DNA from: the human T2T-CHM13v2.0 reference genome, Homo sapiens
Length of the DNA stretch: 64,000 bases
Reading direction: 5' to 3' (one strand)
NCBI RefSeq assembly: GCF_009914755.1
Contig: NC_060947.1
Shown here: positions 1 through 10,500 of the stretch, in pieces
Layout: the number at the start of each line of letters is the position of its first letter
How positions within the stretch are numbered: the first letter of the stretch is position 1
Notes under the pieces: generated by a model
Seen by the model: the letters and a program-made list of their open reading frames with translations, nothing else
What the model was told of the DNA's origin: nothing
Database searches by the model: none
Made by a program: the position numbers and the translations under genes

Positions 1-326
1 TGAAATCTTCAAAGAGGTCCACATATCCCCTTGCAGATTCCAAAGAAAGAGGGTTTCAAAACTGCTCCATCAAAAGGATTGTTCAACTCTGTGAGTTGAA
101 TGCAGTCATCGCAGAAAACTTTCTGAGAATGCTTCTGTCTAGGTTTGATGTGAAGATATAGACGTTTCAAACGAAGGCTACAAAGTGGTCAAAATATACA
201 CTTGCAGATTCTACTACAAGGGTGTTGCAAACCTCAACTATCAAAGGAAGGTTCAACTCTGTGAGTTGAATGCAAACATCGCAAAGAATGTTCTGAGTTT
301 GCTTCCGTTCACTTATGGGAAGTTGA

Positions 327-343
327 TCCCGTTTCCAACGAAA
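327..343 (-). other. CENP-B box, canonical (repeated once per HOR at this position)
   Basis: + strand tcccgtttccaacgaaa is the reverse complement of TTTCGTTGGAAACGGGA, matching the consensus YTTCGTTGGAARCGGGA. Confidence 0.95.
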
Positions 344-837
344 TCCTCAGAGAGGTCCAAATATCCCCTTGCAGATTCTACAAAACGTGTGTTTGGAAAC
401 TGCTCCATCATAACGAATGTTCAGCTCTCTGAGTTAAACTCCATCGTCACAAAGAATTTTCTGAGAGTGCTACCGTCTAGTTTTTATATGAAGTTCTTTC
501 CTTTACTACCACAGGCCTCAAAGCGGTCCAAATCTCCACTTGCAGATTCTACAAAAAGAGTGTTTGCAAACTGCTCTATCAAAAGGAATGTTCAACTCTG
601 GGAGTTGAATGCAATCATCACAGAGCAGTTTCTGAGAATGCTTCTATGTCGTTTTTAGGAGAAGATATTTCCTTTTCCAACACAGTCCTCCAAGCCCGCT
701 AAATATCCACTTGCACATTGTAGAAAAAGTGTGTCGAAGCTGCGCTATCAAAGGGAAAGTTCAACTCTGTGAGGTGAATGCAAACATCCCAAAGAAGTTT
801 CTGAGAATGCTTCCGTTTAGCTTTTAGGTGAAGATTA

Positions 838-854
838 TCCCGTTTCCAACGAAA
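838..854 (-). other. CENP-B box, canonical (repeated once per HOR at this position)
   Basis: tcccgtttccaacgaaa, a perfect match to the 17-bp consensus on the minus strand. Confidence 0.95.
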
Positions 855-955
855 CCTTCAAAGAGGTCCAAATATCCACTTGCGGATCCCACAGAAAGAG
901 TGTTTCGAAACTGCTGTTTCAAAAGGAATCTTCAACTCTGTGAGTTGAATGCAAT

Positions 956-1141
956 CATCACAAAGAAGTTTCTGACAATGCTTCTCTCTCGTCTTTCTGT
1001 GAAGATAAAGGAAAAGGCTTTCAGGCCTTTTCCACCACAGGCCTGAAAGCGCTCCAAATGTCCACATGCAGATTCTGCCAAAAGAATATTTCAAGACTGC
1101 TCTATGAAAAGCAATGTTAAACTCTGCGGCTCGAACACAAA
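956..1141. repeat. Atypical 186-bp monomer with a net +15-bp insertion made of local inverted repeats (present in every HOR except H14)
   Basis: Sister A-type monomers read gaagata-ttt-ccttttccaccacaggcctcaaag (e.g. ~1867-1900). This monomer reads gaagata-aaggaaaaggctttcagg-ccttttccaccacaggcctgaaag (1001-1049). Homologous 'catcacaaag' motifs at 956 and 1142 are 186 bp apart. Confidence 0.9.
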
Positions 1142-1194
1142 CATCACAAAGCAGTTTCTGAGAATGCTTCAGTTTAGTTTTTCTGTGGAAATAT

Positions 1195-1211
1195 TCCCGT
1201 TTCCAAAGAAA
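1195..1211 (-). other. Degenerate CENP-B box, predicted non-binding (similar degenerate boxes at 160-176 and 2046-2062)
   Basis: tcccgtttccaaagaaa lacks the TTCG CpG. tcccgtttccagtgaaa (2046) and agacgtttcaaacgaag (160) also lack core positions. Confidence 0.8.
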
Positions 1212-1365
1212 TCTTCAAAGAGGTCCATGTATCCACTTACAGATTCTACAAAAAGACAGTTTCAAAACTGCTCAATCAAAAGGAGGGTTCAACTGTGTGA
1301 CTTGAATGCAATCATCACTCAGAAGTTTCTGAGAATGCTTCTCTTTAGTTTTTACGTGAACATAT

Positions 1366-1382
1366 AACCGTTTCGAACGAAG
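1366..1382 (-). other. Variant CENP-B box position (array consensus acccgtttcgaacgaag keeps the core NTTCGNNNNANNCGGGN; the H1 copy is mutated)
   Basis: Most copies read acccgtttcgaacgaag (minus strand CTTCGTTCGAAACGGGT). H1 reads aaccgtttcgaacgaag and loses a core G. Confidence 0.8.
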
Positions 1383-1532
1383 GCCAGCCAGTGGTCCAAA
1401 TATCCACTTGCAGATTCTACAGAAAGAGTGTTTCGAACCTGAACTCTCAAAGGCAGGTTCATCTCTGCGAGTTAAATGCATTCATCATGAAGAACTTTCT
1501 CAGAGTGTTTGTGTTTAGTTATGGGAAATTAT

Positions 1533-1549
1533 TCCCGTTTCCAACGAAA
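1533..1549 (-). other. CENP-B box, canonical in H1 but frequently mutated in other HOR copies
   Basis: tcccgtttccaacgaaa, a perfect match on the minus strand. Confidence 0.93.
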
Positions 1550-4500
1550 TCCTCAGAGAGGTCCAAATATCCACCTGCAGATTCTACCAAAAGTGTATTT
1601 GGAAACTGCTCCATCAAAAGGCATGTTCAGCTCTGTGAGTGAAACTCCATCATCACAAAGAATATTCTGAGAATGCTTCCGTTTGCCTTTTATATGAAGT
1701 TCCTTCCTATACTACCGTAGGCCTCAAAGCAGTCCAAATCTCCATTTGCAGATTCTACAAAAAGAGTGATTCCAATCTGCTCTATCAATAGGATTGTTCA
1801 ACTCCATGAGTTGAATGCCATCCTCACAAAGTCGTTTCTGAGAATGCTTCTATCTAGTTTTCATGTGAAGATATTTCCTTTTCCACCACAGGCCTCAAAG
1901 CCCTCCAAACGTCCACTTGCAGATTCTCGAAAAAGAGTGTTTCATAGCTGCTCTTTCAAAAGGAAAGTTCAACTCTGGGAGGTGAATACAAACATCACAA
2001 AGTAGTTTCCGAGAATGCTTCTGTTTAGTTCTTATGTGAAGATGATCCCGTTTCCAGTGAAATCTTCAAAGAGGTCCACATATCCCCTTGCAGATTCCAA
2101 AGAAAGAGGGTTTCAAAACTGCTCCATCAAAAGGATTGTTCAACTCTGTGAGTTGAATGCAGTCATCGCAGAAAACTTTCTGAGAATGCTTCTGTCTAGG
2201 TTTGATGTGAAGATATAGACGTTTCAAACGAAGGCTACAAAGTGGTCAAAATATACACTTGCAGATTCTACTACAAGGGTGTTGCAAACCTCAACTATCA
2301 AAGGAAGGTTCAACTCTGTGAGTTGAATGCAAACATCGCAAAGAATGTTCTGAGTTTGCTTCCGTTCCCTTATGGGAAGTTGATCCCGTTTCCAACGAAA
2401 TCCTCAGAGAGGTCCAAATATCCCCTTGCAGATTCTACAAAACGTGTGTTTGGAAACTGCTCCATCATAACGAATGTTCAGCTCTCTGAGTTAAACTCCA
2501 TCGTCACAAAGAATTTTCTGAGAGTGCTACCATCTAGTTTTTATATGAAGTTCTTTCCTTTACTACCACAGGCCTCAAAGCGGTCCAAATCTCCACTTGC
2601 AGATTCTACAAAAAGAGTGTTTGCAAACTGCTCTATCAAAAGGAATGTTCAACTCTGGGAGTTGAATGCAATCATCACAGAGCAGTTTCTGAGAATGCTT
2701 CTATGTCGTTTTTAGGAGAAGATATTTCCTTTTCCAACACAGTCCTCCAAGCCCGCTAAATATCCACTTGCACATTGTAGAAAAAGTGTGTCGAAGCTGC
2801 GCTATCAAAGGGAAAGTTCAACTCTGTGAGGTGAATGCAAACATCCCAAAGAAGTTTCTGAGAATGCTTCCGTTTAGCTTTTAGGTGAAGATTATCCCGT
2901 TTCCAACGAAACCTTCAAAGAGGTCCAAATATCCACTTGCGGATCCCACAGAAAGAGTGTTTCGAAACTGCTGTTTCAAAAGGAATCTTCAACTCTGTGA
3001 GTTGAATGCAATCATCACAAAGAAGTTTCTGACAATGCTTCTCTCTCGTCTTTCTGTGAAGATAAAGGAAAAGGCTTTCAGGCCTTTTCCACCACAGGCC
3101 TGAAAGCGCTCCAAATGTCCACATGCAGATTCTGCCAAAAGAATATTTCAAGACTGCTCTATGAAAAGCAATGTTAAACTCTGCGGCTCGAAAACAAACA
3201 TCACAAAGCAGTTTCTGAGAATGCTTCAGTTTAGTTTTTCTGTGGAAATATTCCCGTTTCCAAAGAAATCTTCAAAGAGGTCCATGTATCCACTTACAGA
3301 TTCTACAAAAAGACAGTTTCAAAACTGCTCAATCAAAAGGAGGGTTCAACTGTGTGACTTGAATGCAATCATCACTCAGAAGTTTCTGAGAATGCTTCTC
3401 TTTAGTTTTTACGTGAACATATAACCATTTCGAACGAAGGCCAGCCAGTGGTCCAAATATCCACTTGCAGATTCTACAGAAAGAGTGTTTCGAACCTGAA
3501 CTCTCAAAGGCAGGTTCATCTCTGCGAGTTAAATGCATTCATCATGAAGAACTTTCTCAGAGTGTTTGTGTTTAGTTATGGGAAATTATTCCCGTTTCCA
3601 ACGAAATCCTCAGAGAGGTCCAAATATCCACCTGCAGATTCTACCAAAAGTGTATTTGGAAACTGCTCCATCAAAAGGCATGTTCAGCTCTGTGAGTGAA
3701 ACTCCATCATCACAAAGAATATTCTGAGAATGCTTCCGTTTGCCTTTTATATGAAGTTCCTTCCTATACTACCGTAGGCCTCAAAGCAGTCCAAATCTCC
3801 ATTTGCAGATTCTACAAAAAGAGTGATTCCAATCTGCTCTATCAATAGGATTGTTCAACTCCATGAGTTGAATGCCATCCTCACAAAGTCGTTTCTGAGA
3901 ATGCTTCTATCTAGTTTTCATGTGAAGATATTTCCTTTTCCACCACAGGCCTCAAAGCCCTCCAAACGTCCACTTGCAGATTCTCGAAAAAGAGTGTTTC
4001 ATAGCTGCTCTTTCAAAAGGAAAGTTCAACTCTGGGAGGTGAATACAAACATCACAAAGTAGTTTCCGAGAATGCTTCTGTTTAGTTCTTATGTGAAGAT
4101 GATCCCGTTTCCAGTGTAATCTTCAAAGAGGTCCACATATCCCCTTGCAGATTCCAAAGAAAGAGGGTTTCAAAACTGCTCCATCAAAAGGATTGTTCAA
4201 CTCTGTGAGTTGAATGCAGTCATCGCAGAAAACTTTCTGAGAATGCTTCTGTCTAGGTTTGATGTGAAGATATAGACGTTTCAAACGAAGGCTACAAAGT
4301 GGTCAAAATATACACTTGCAGATTCTACTACAAGGGTGTTGCAAACCTCAACTATCAAAGGAAGGTTCAACTCTGTGAGTTGAATGCAAATATCGCAAAG
4401 AATGTTCTGAGTTTGCTTCCGTTCAGTTATGGGAAGTTGATCCCGTTTCCAACGAAATCCTCAGAGAGGTCCAAATATCCCCTTGCAGATTCTACATAAC

Positions 4501-7500
4501 GTGTGTTTGGAAACTGCTCCATCATAACGAATGTTCAGCTCTCTGAGTTAAACTCCATCGTCACAAAGAATTTTCTGAGAGTGCTACCTTCTAGTTTTTA
4601 TATGAAGTTCTTTCCTTTACTACCACAGGCCTCAAAGCGGTCCAAATCTCCACTTGCAGATTCTACAAAAAGAGTGTTTGCAAACTGCTCTATCAAAAGG
4701 AATGTTCAACTCTGGGAGTTGAATGCAATCATCACAGAGCAGTTTCTGAGAATGCTTCTATGTCGTTTTTAGGAGAAGATATTTCCTTTTCCAACACAGT
4801 CCTCCAAGCCCGCTAAATATCCACTTGCACATTGTAGAAAAAGTGTGTCGAAGCTGCGCTATCAAAGGGAAAGTTCAACTCTGTGAGGTGAATGCAAACA
4901 TCCCAAAGAAGTTTCTGAGAATGCTTCCGTTTAGCTTTTAGGTGAAGATTATCCCGTTTCCAACGAAACCTTCAAAGAGGTCCAAATATCCCTTGCGGAT
5001 CCCACAGAAAGAGTGTTTCGAAACTGCTGTTTCAAAAGGAATCTTCAACTCTGTGAGTTGAATGCAATCATCACAAAGAAGTTTCTGACAATGCTTCTCT
5101 CTCGTCTTTCTGCGAAGATAAAGGAAAAGGCTTTCAGGCCTTTTCCACCACAGGCCTGAAAGCGCTCCAAATGTCCACTTGCAGATTCTGCCAAAAGAAT
5201 ATTTCAAAACTGCTCTACGAAAAGTAATGTTAAACTCTGCGGCTCGAACACAAACATCACAAAGCAGTTTCTGAGAATGCTTCAGTTTAGTTTTTCTGTG
5301 GAAATATTGCCGTTTCCAAAGAAATCTTCACAGAGGTCCACGAATCCACTTACAGATTCTACAAAAAGACAGTTTCAAAACTGCTCAATCAAAAGGAGGG
5401 TTCAACTGTGTGACTTGAATGCAATCATCACTCAGAAGTTTCTGAGAATGCTTCTCTTTAGTTTTCACGTGAACATATACCCGTTTCGAACGAAGGCCAG
5501 CCAGTGGTCCAAATATCCACTTGCAGATTCTACAGAAAGAGTGTTTCGAACCTGAACTCTCAAAGGCAGGTTCATCTCTGCGAGTTAAATGCATTCATCA
5601 TGAAGAACTTTTTCAGAGTGTTTGTGTTTAGTTATGGGAAATTATTCCCGTTTCCAACGAAATCCTCAGAGAGGTCCAAATATCCACCTGCAGATTCTAC
5701 CAAAAGTGTATTTGGAAACTGCTCCATCAAAAGGCATGTTCAGCTCTGTGAGTTAAACTCCATCATCACAAAGAATATTCTGAGAATGCTTCCGTTTGCC
5801 TTTTATATGAAGTTCCTTCCTATACTACCGTAGGGCTCAAAGCAGTCAAAATCTCCATTTGCAGATTCTACAAAAAGAGTGATTCCAATCTGCTCTATCA
5901 ATAGGATTGTTCAACTCCATGAGTTGAATGCCATCCTCACAAAGTCGTCTCTGACAATGCTTCTATCTAGTTTTTATGTGAAGATATTTCCTTTTCCACC
6001 ACAGGCCCCAAAGCCCTCCAAACGTCCACTTGCAGATTCTCGAAAAAGAGTGTTTCATAGCTGCTCTTTCAAAAGGAAAGTTCAACTCTGGGAGTTGAAT
6101 ACAAACATCACAAAGTAGTTTCCGAGAATGCTTCTGTTTAGTTCTTATGTGAAGATGATCCCGTTTCCAGTGAAATCTTCAAAGAGGTCCACATATCCCC
6201 TTGCAGATTCCTAAGAAAGAGGGTTTCAAAACTGCTCCATCAAAAGGATTGTTCAACTCTGTGAGTTGAATGCAGTCATCGCAGAAAACTTTCTGAGACT
6301 GCTTCTGTCTAGGTTTGATGTGAAGATATAGACATTTCAAACGAAGGCTACAAAGTGGTCCAAATATACACTTGCAGATTCTACTACAAGGGTGTTGCAA
6401 ACCTCAACTATCAAAGGAAGGTTCAACTCTGTGAGTTGAATACAAACATCACAAAGAATGTTCTGAGTTTGCTTCCGTTCAGTTATGGGAAGTTGATCCC
6501 GTTTCCAACGAAATCCTCAGAGAGGTCCAAATATCCCCTTGCAGATTCTACAAAACGTGTGTTTGGAAACTGCTCCATCATAACGAATGTTCAGCTCTCT
6601 GAGTTAAACTCCATCGTCACAAAGAATTTTCTGAGAGTGCTACCGTCTAGTTTTTATATGAAGTTCTTTCCTTTACTACCACAGGCCTCAAAGCGGTCCA
6701 ACTCTCCACTTGCAGATTCTACAAAAAGAGTGTTTGCAAACTGCTCTATCAAAAGGAATGTTCAACTCTGGGAGTTGAATGCAATCATCACAGAGCAGTT
6801 TCTGAGAATGCTTCTATGTCGTTTTTAGGAGAAGATATTTCCTTTTCCAACACAGTCCTCCAAGCCCGCTAAATATCCACTTGCACATTGTAGAAAAAGT
6901 GTGTCGAAGCTGCGCTATCAAAGGCAAAGTTCAACTCTGTGAGGTGAATGCAAACATCCCAAAGAAGTTTCTCAGAATGCTTCCGTTTAGCTTTTAGGTG
7001 AAGATTATCCCGTTTCCAACGAAACCTTCAAAGAGGTCCAAATATCCCCTTGTGGATCCCACAGAAAGAGTGTTTCGAAACTGCTGTTTCAAAAGGAATC
7101 TTCAACTCTGTGAGTTGAATGCAATCATCACAAAGAAGTTTCTGACAATGCTTCTCTCTCGTCTTTCTGTGAAGATAAAGGAAAAGGCTTTCAGGCCTTT
7201 TCCACCACAGGCCTGAAAGCGCTCCAAATGTCCACTTGCAGATTCTGCCAAAAGAATATTTCAAAACTGCTCTATGAAAAGCAATGTTAAACTCTGCGGC
7301 TCGAACACAAACATCACAAAGCAGTTTCTGAGAATGCTTCAGTTTAGTTTTTCTGTGGAAATATTCCCGTTTCCAAAGAAATCTTCAAAGAGGTCCACGC
7401 ATCCACTTACAGATTCTACAAAAAGACAGTTTCAAAACTGCTCAATCAAAAGGAGGGTTCAACTGTGTGACTTGAATGCAATCATCACTCAGAAGTTTCT

Positions 7501-10500
7501 GAGAACGCTTCTCTTTAGTTTTTACGTGAACATATACACGTTTCGAACGAAGGCCAGCCAGTGGTCCAAATATCCACTTGCAGATTCTACAGAAAGAGTG
7601 TTTCGAACCTGAACTCTCAAAGGCAGGTTCATCTCTGCGAGTTAAATGCATTCATCATGAAGAACTTTCTCAGCGTGTTTGTGTTTAGTTATGGGAAATT
7701 ATTCCCGTTCCCAACGAAATCCTCAGAGAGGTCCAAATATCCACCTGCAGATTCTACCAAAAGTGTATTTGGAAACTGCTCCATCAAAAGGCATGTTCAG
7801 CTCTGTGAGTGAAACTCCATCATCACAAAGAATATTCTGAGAATGCTTCCGTTTGCCTTTTATATGAAGTACCTTCCTATACTACCGTAGGACTCAAAGC
7901 AGTCCAAATCTCCATTTGCAGATTCTACAAAAAGAGTGATTCCAATCTGCTCTATCAATAGGATTGTTCAACTCCATGAGTTGAATGCCATCCTCACAAA
8001 GTCGTTTCTGAGAATGCTTCTATCTAGTTTTTATGTGAAGATATTTCCTTTTCCACCACAGGCCTCAAAGCCCTCCAAACGTCCACTTGCAGATTCTCGA
8101 AAAAGAGTGTTTCATAGATGCTCTTTCAAAAGGAAAGTTCAACTCTGGGAGGTGAATACAAACATCACAAAGTAGTTTCCGAGAATGCTTCTGTTTAGTT
8201 CTTATGTGAAGATTATCCCGTTTCCAGTGAAATCTTCAAAGAGGTCCACATATCCCCTTGCAGATTCCAAAGAAAGAGGGTTTCAAAACTGCTCCATCAA
8301 AAGGATTGTTCAACTCTGTGAGTTGAATGCAGTCATCGCAGAAAACTTTCTGAGAATGCTTCTGTCTAGGTTTGAGGTGAAGATATAGACGTTTCAAACG
8401 AAGGCTACAAAGTGGTCAAAATATACACTTGCAGATTCTACTACAAGGGTGTTGCAAACCTGAACTATCAAAGGAAGGTTCAACTCTGTGAGTTCAATAC
8501 AAACATCACAAAGAATGTTCTGAGTTTGCTTCCGTTCAGTTATGGGAAGTTGATCCCGTTTCCAACGAAATCCTCAGAGAGGTCCAAATATCCCCTTGCA
8601 GATTCTACAAAACGTGTGTTTGGAAACTGCTCCATCATAACGAATGTTCAGCTCTCTGAGTTAAACTCCATCGTCACAAAGAATTTTCTGAGAGTGCTAC
8701 CGTCTAGTTTTTATATGACGTTATTTCCTTTACTACCACAAGCCTCAAAGCGGTCCAAATCTCCACTTGCAGATTCTACAAAAAGAGTGTTTGCAAACTG
8801 CTCTATCAAAAGGAATGTTCAACTCTGGGAGTTGAATGCAATCATCACAGAGCAGTTTCTGAGAATGCTTCTATGTCGTTTTTAGGAGAAGATATTTCCT
8901 TTTCCAACACAGTCCTCCAAGCCCGCTAAATGGCCACTTGCACATTGTAGAAAAAGTGTGTCCAAGCTGCGCTCTCAAAGGGAAAGTTCAACTCTGTGAG
9001 GTGAATGCAAACATCCCAAAGAAGTTTCTGAGAATGCTTCCGTTTAGCTTTTAGGTGAAGATTATCCCGTTTCCAACGAAAGCTTCAAAGAGGTCCAAAT
9101 ATCCCCTTGCGGATCCCACAGAAAGAGTGTTTCGAAACTGCTGTTTCAAAAGGAATCTTCAACTCTGTGAGTTGAATGCAATCATCACAAAGAAGTTTCT
9201 GACAATGCTTCTGTCTCGTCTTTCTGTGAAGAGAAAGGAAAAGGCTTTCAGGCCTTTTCCACCACAGGCCTGAAAGCGCTCCAAATGTCCACTTGCAGAT
9301 TCTGCCAAAAGAATATTTCAAAACTGCTCTATGAAAAGCAATGTTAAACTCTGCGGCTCGAACGCAAACATCACAAAGCAGTTTCTGAGAATGCTTCAGT
9401 TTAGTTTTTCTGTGGAAATATTCCCGTTTCCAAAGAAATCTTCAAAGAGGTCCACGTATCCACTTACAGATTCTACAAAAAGACAGTTTCAAAACTGCTC
9501 AATCAAAAGGAGGGTTCAACTGTGTGACTTGAATGCAATCATCACTCAGAAGTTTCTGAGAACGCTTCTCTTTAGTTTTTACGTGAACATATACCCGTTT
9601 CGAACGAAGGCCAGCCAGTGGTCCAAATATCCACTTGCAGATTCTACAGAAAGAGTGTTTCGAACCTGAACTCTCAAAGGCAGGTTCATCTCTGCGAGTT
9701 AAATGCATTCATCATGAAGAACTTTCTCAGAGTGTTTGTGTTTAGTTATGGGAAATTATTCCCCTTTCCAACGAAATCCTCAGAGAGCTCCAAATATCCA
9801 CCTGCAGGTTCTTCCAAAAGTGTATTTGGAAACTGCTCCATCAAAAGGCATGTTCAGCCCTGTGAGCGAAACTCCATCATCACAAAGAATATTCTGAGAA
9901 TGCTTCCGTTTGCCTTTTATATGAAGTTCCTTCCTATACGACCGTAGGCCTCAAAGCAGTCCAAATCTCCATTTGCAGATTCTACAAAAAGAGTGATTCC
10001 AATCTGCTCTATCAATAGGATTGTTCAACTCCATGAGTTGAATGCCATCCTCACAAAGTAGTTTCTGAGAATGCTTCTATCTAGTTTTTATGTGAAGATA
10101 TTTCCTTTTCCACCACAGGCCTCAAAGCCCTCCAAACGTCCACTTGCAGATTCTCGAAAAAGAGTGTTTCATAGCTGCTCTTTCAAAAGGAAAGTTCAAC
10201 TCTGGGAGTTGAATACAAACATCACAAAGTAGTTTCCGAGAATGCTTCTGTTTATTTCTTATGTGAAGATGATCCCGTTTCCAGTGAAATCTTCAAAGAG
10301 GTCCACATATCCCCTTGCAGATTCCAAAGAAAGAGGGTTTCAAAACTGCTCCATCAAAAGGATTGTTCAACTCTGTGAGTTGAATGCAGTCATCGCAGAA
10401 AACTTTCTGAGAATGCTTCTGTCTAGGTTTGATGTGAAGATATAGACGTTTCAAACGAAGGCTACAAAGTGGTCAAAATATACACTTGCAGATTCTACTA

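Larger units (their letters stand above)
185..2241 (-). repeat. Representative canonical 12-monomer HOR copy (H1; phase arbitrary), 2057 bp
   Basis: B-box-position motifs lie at 160, 327, 838, 1195, 1366, 1533, 2046 and 2217. The spacings 167+511+357+171+167+513+171 sum to 2057, i.e. 12 monomers. A-type (box-less) monomers lie near 498, 669, 1009, 1704 and 1875. Confidence 0.97.

Noticed and set aside
902-911. 10-bp palindrome gtttcgaaac once per HOR
   Set aside because: It is short, one or two substitutions from the alphoid consensus gtttcaaaac, and expected by chance. Nothing in the sequence points to a function.
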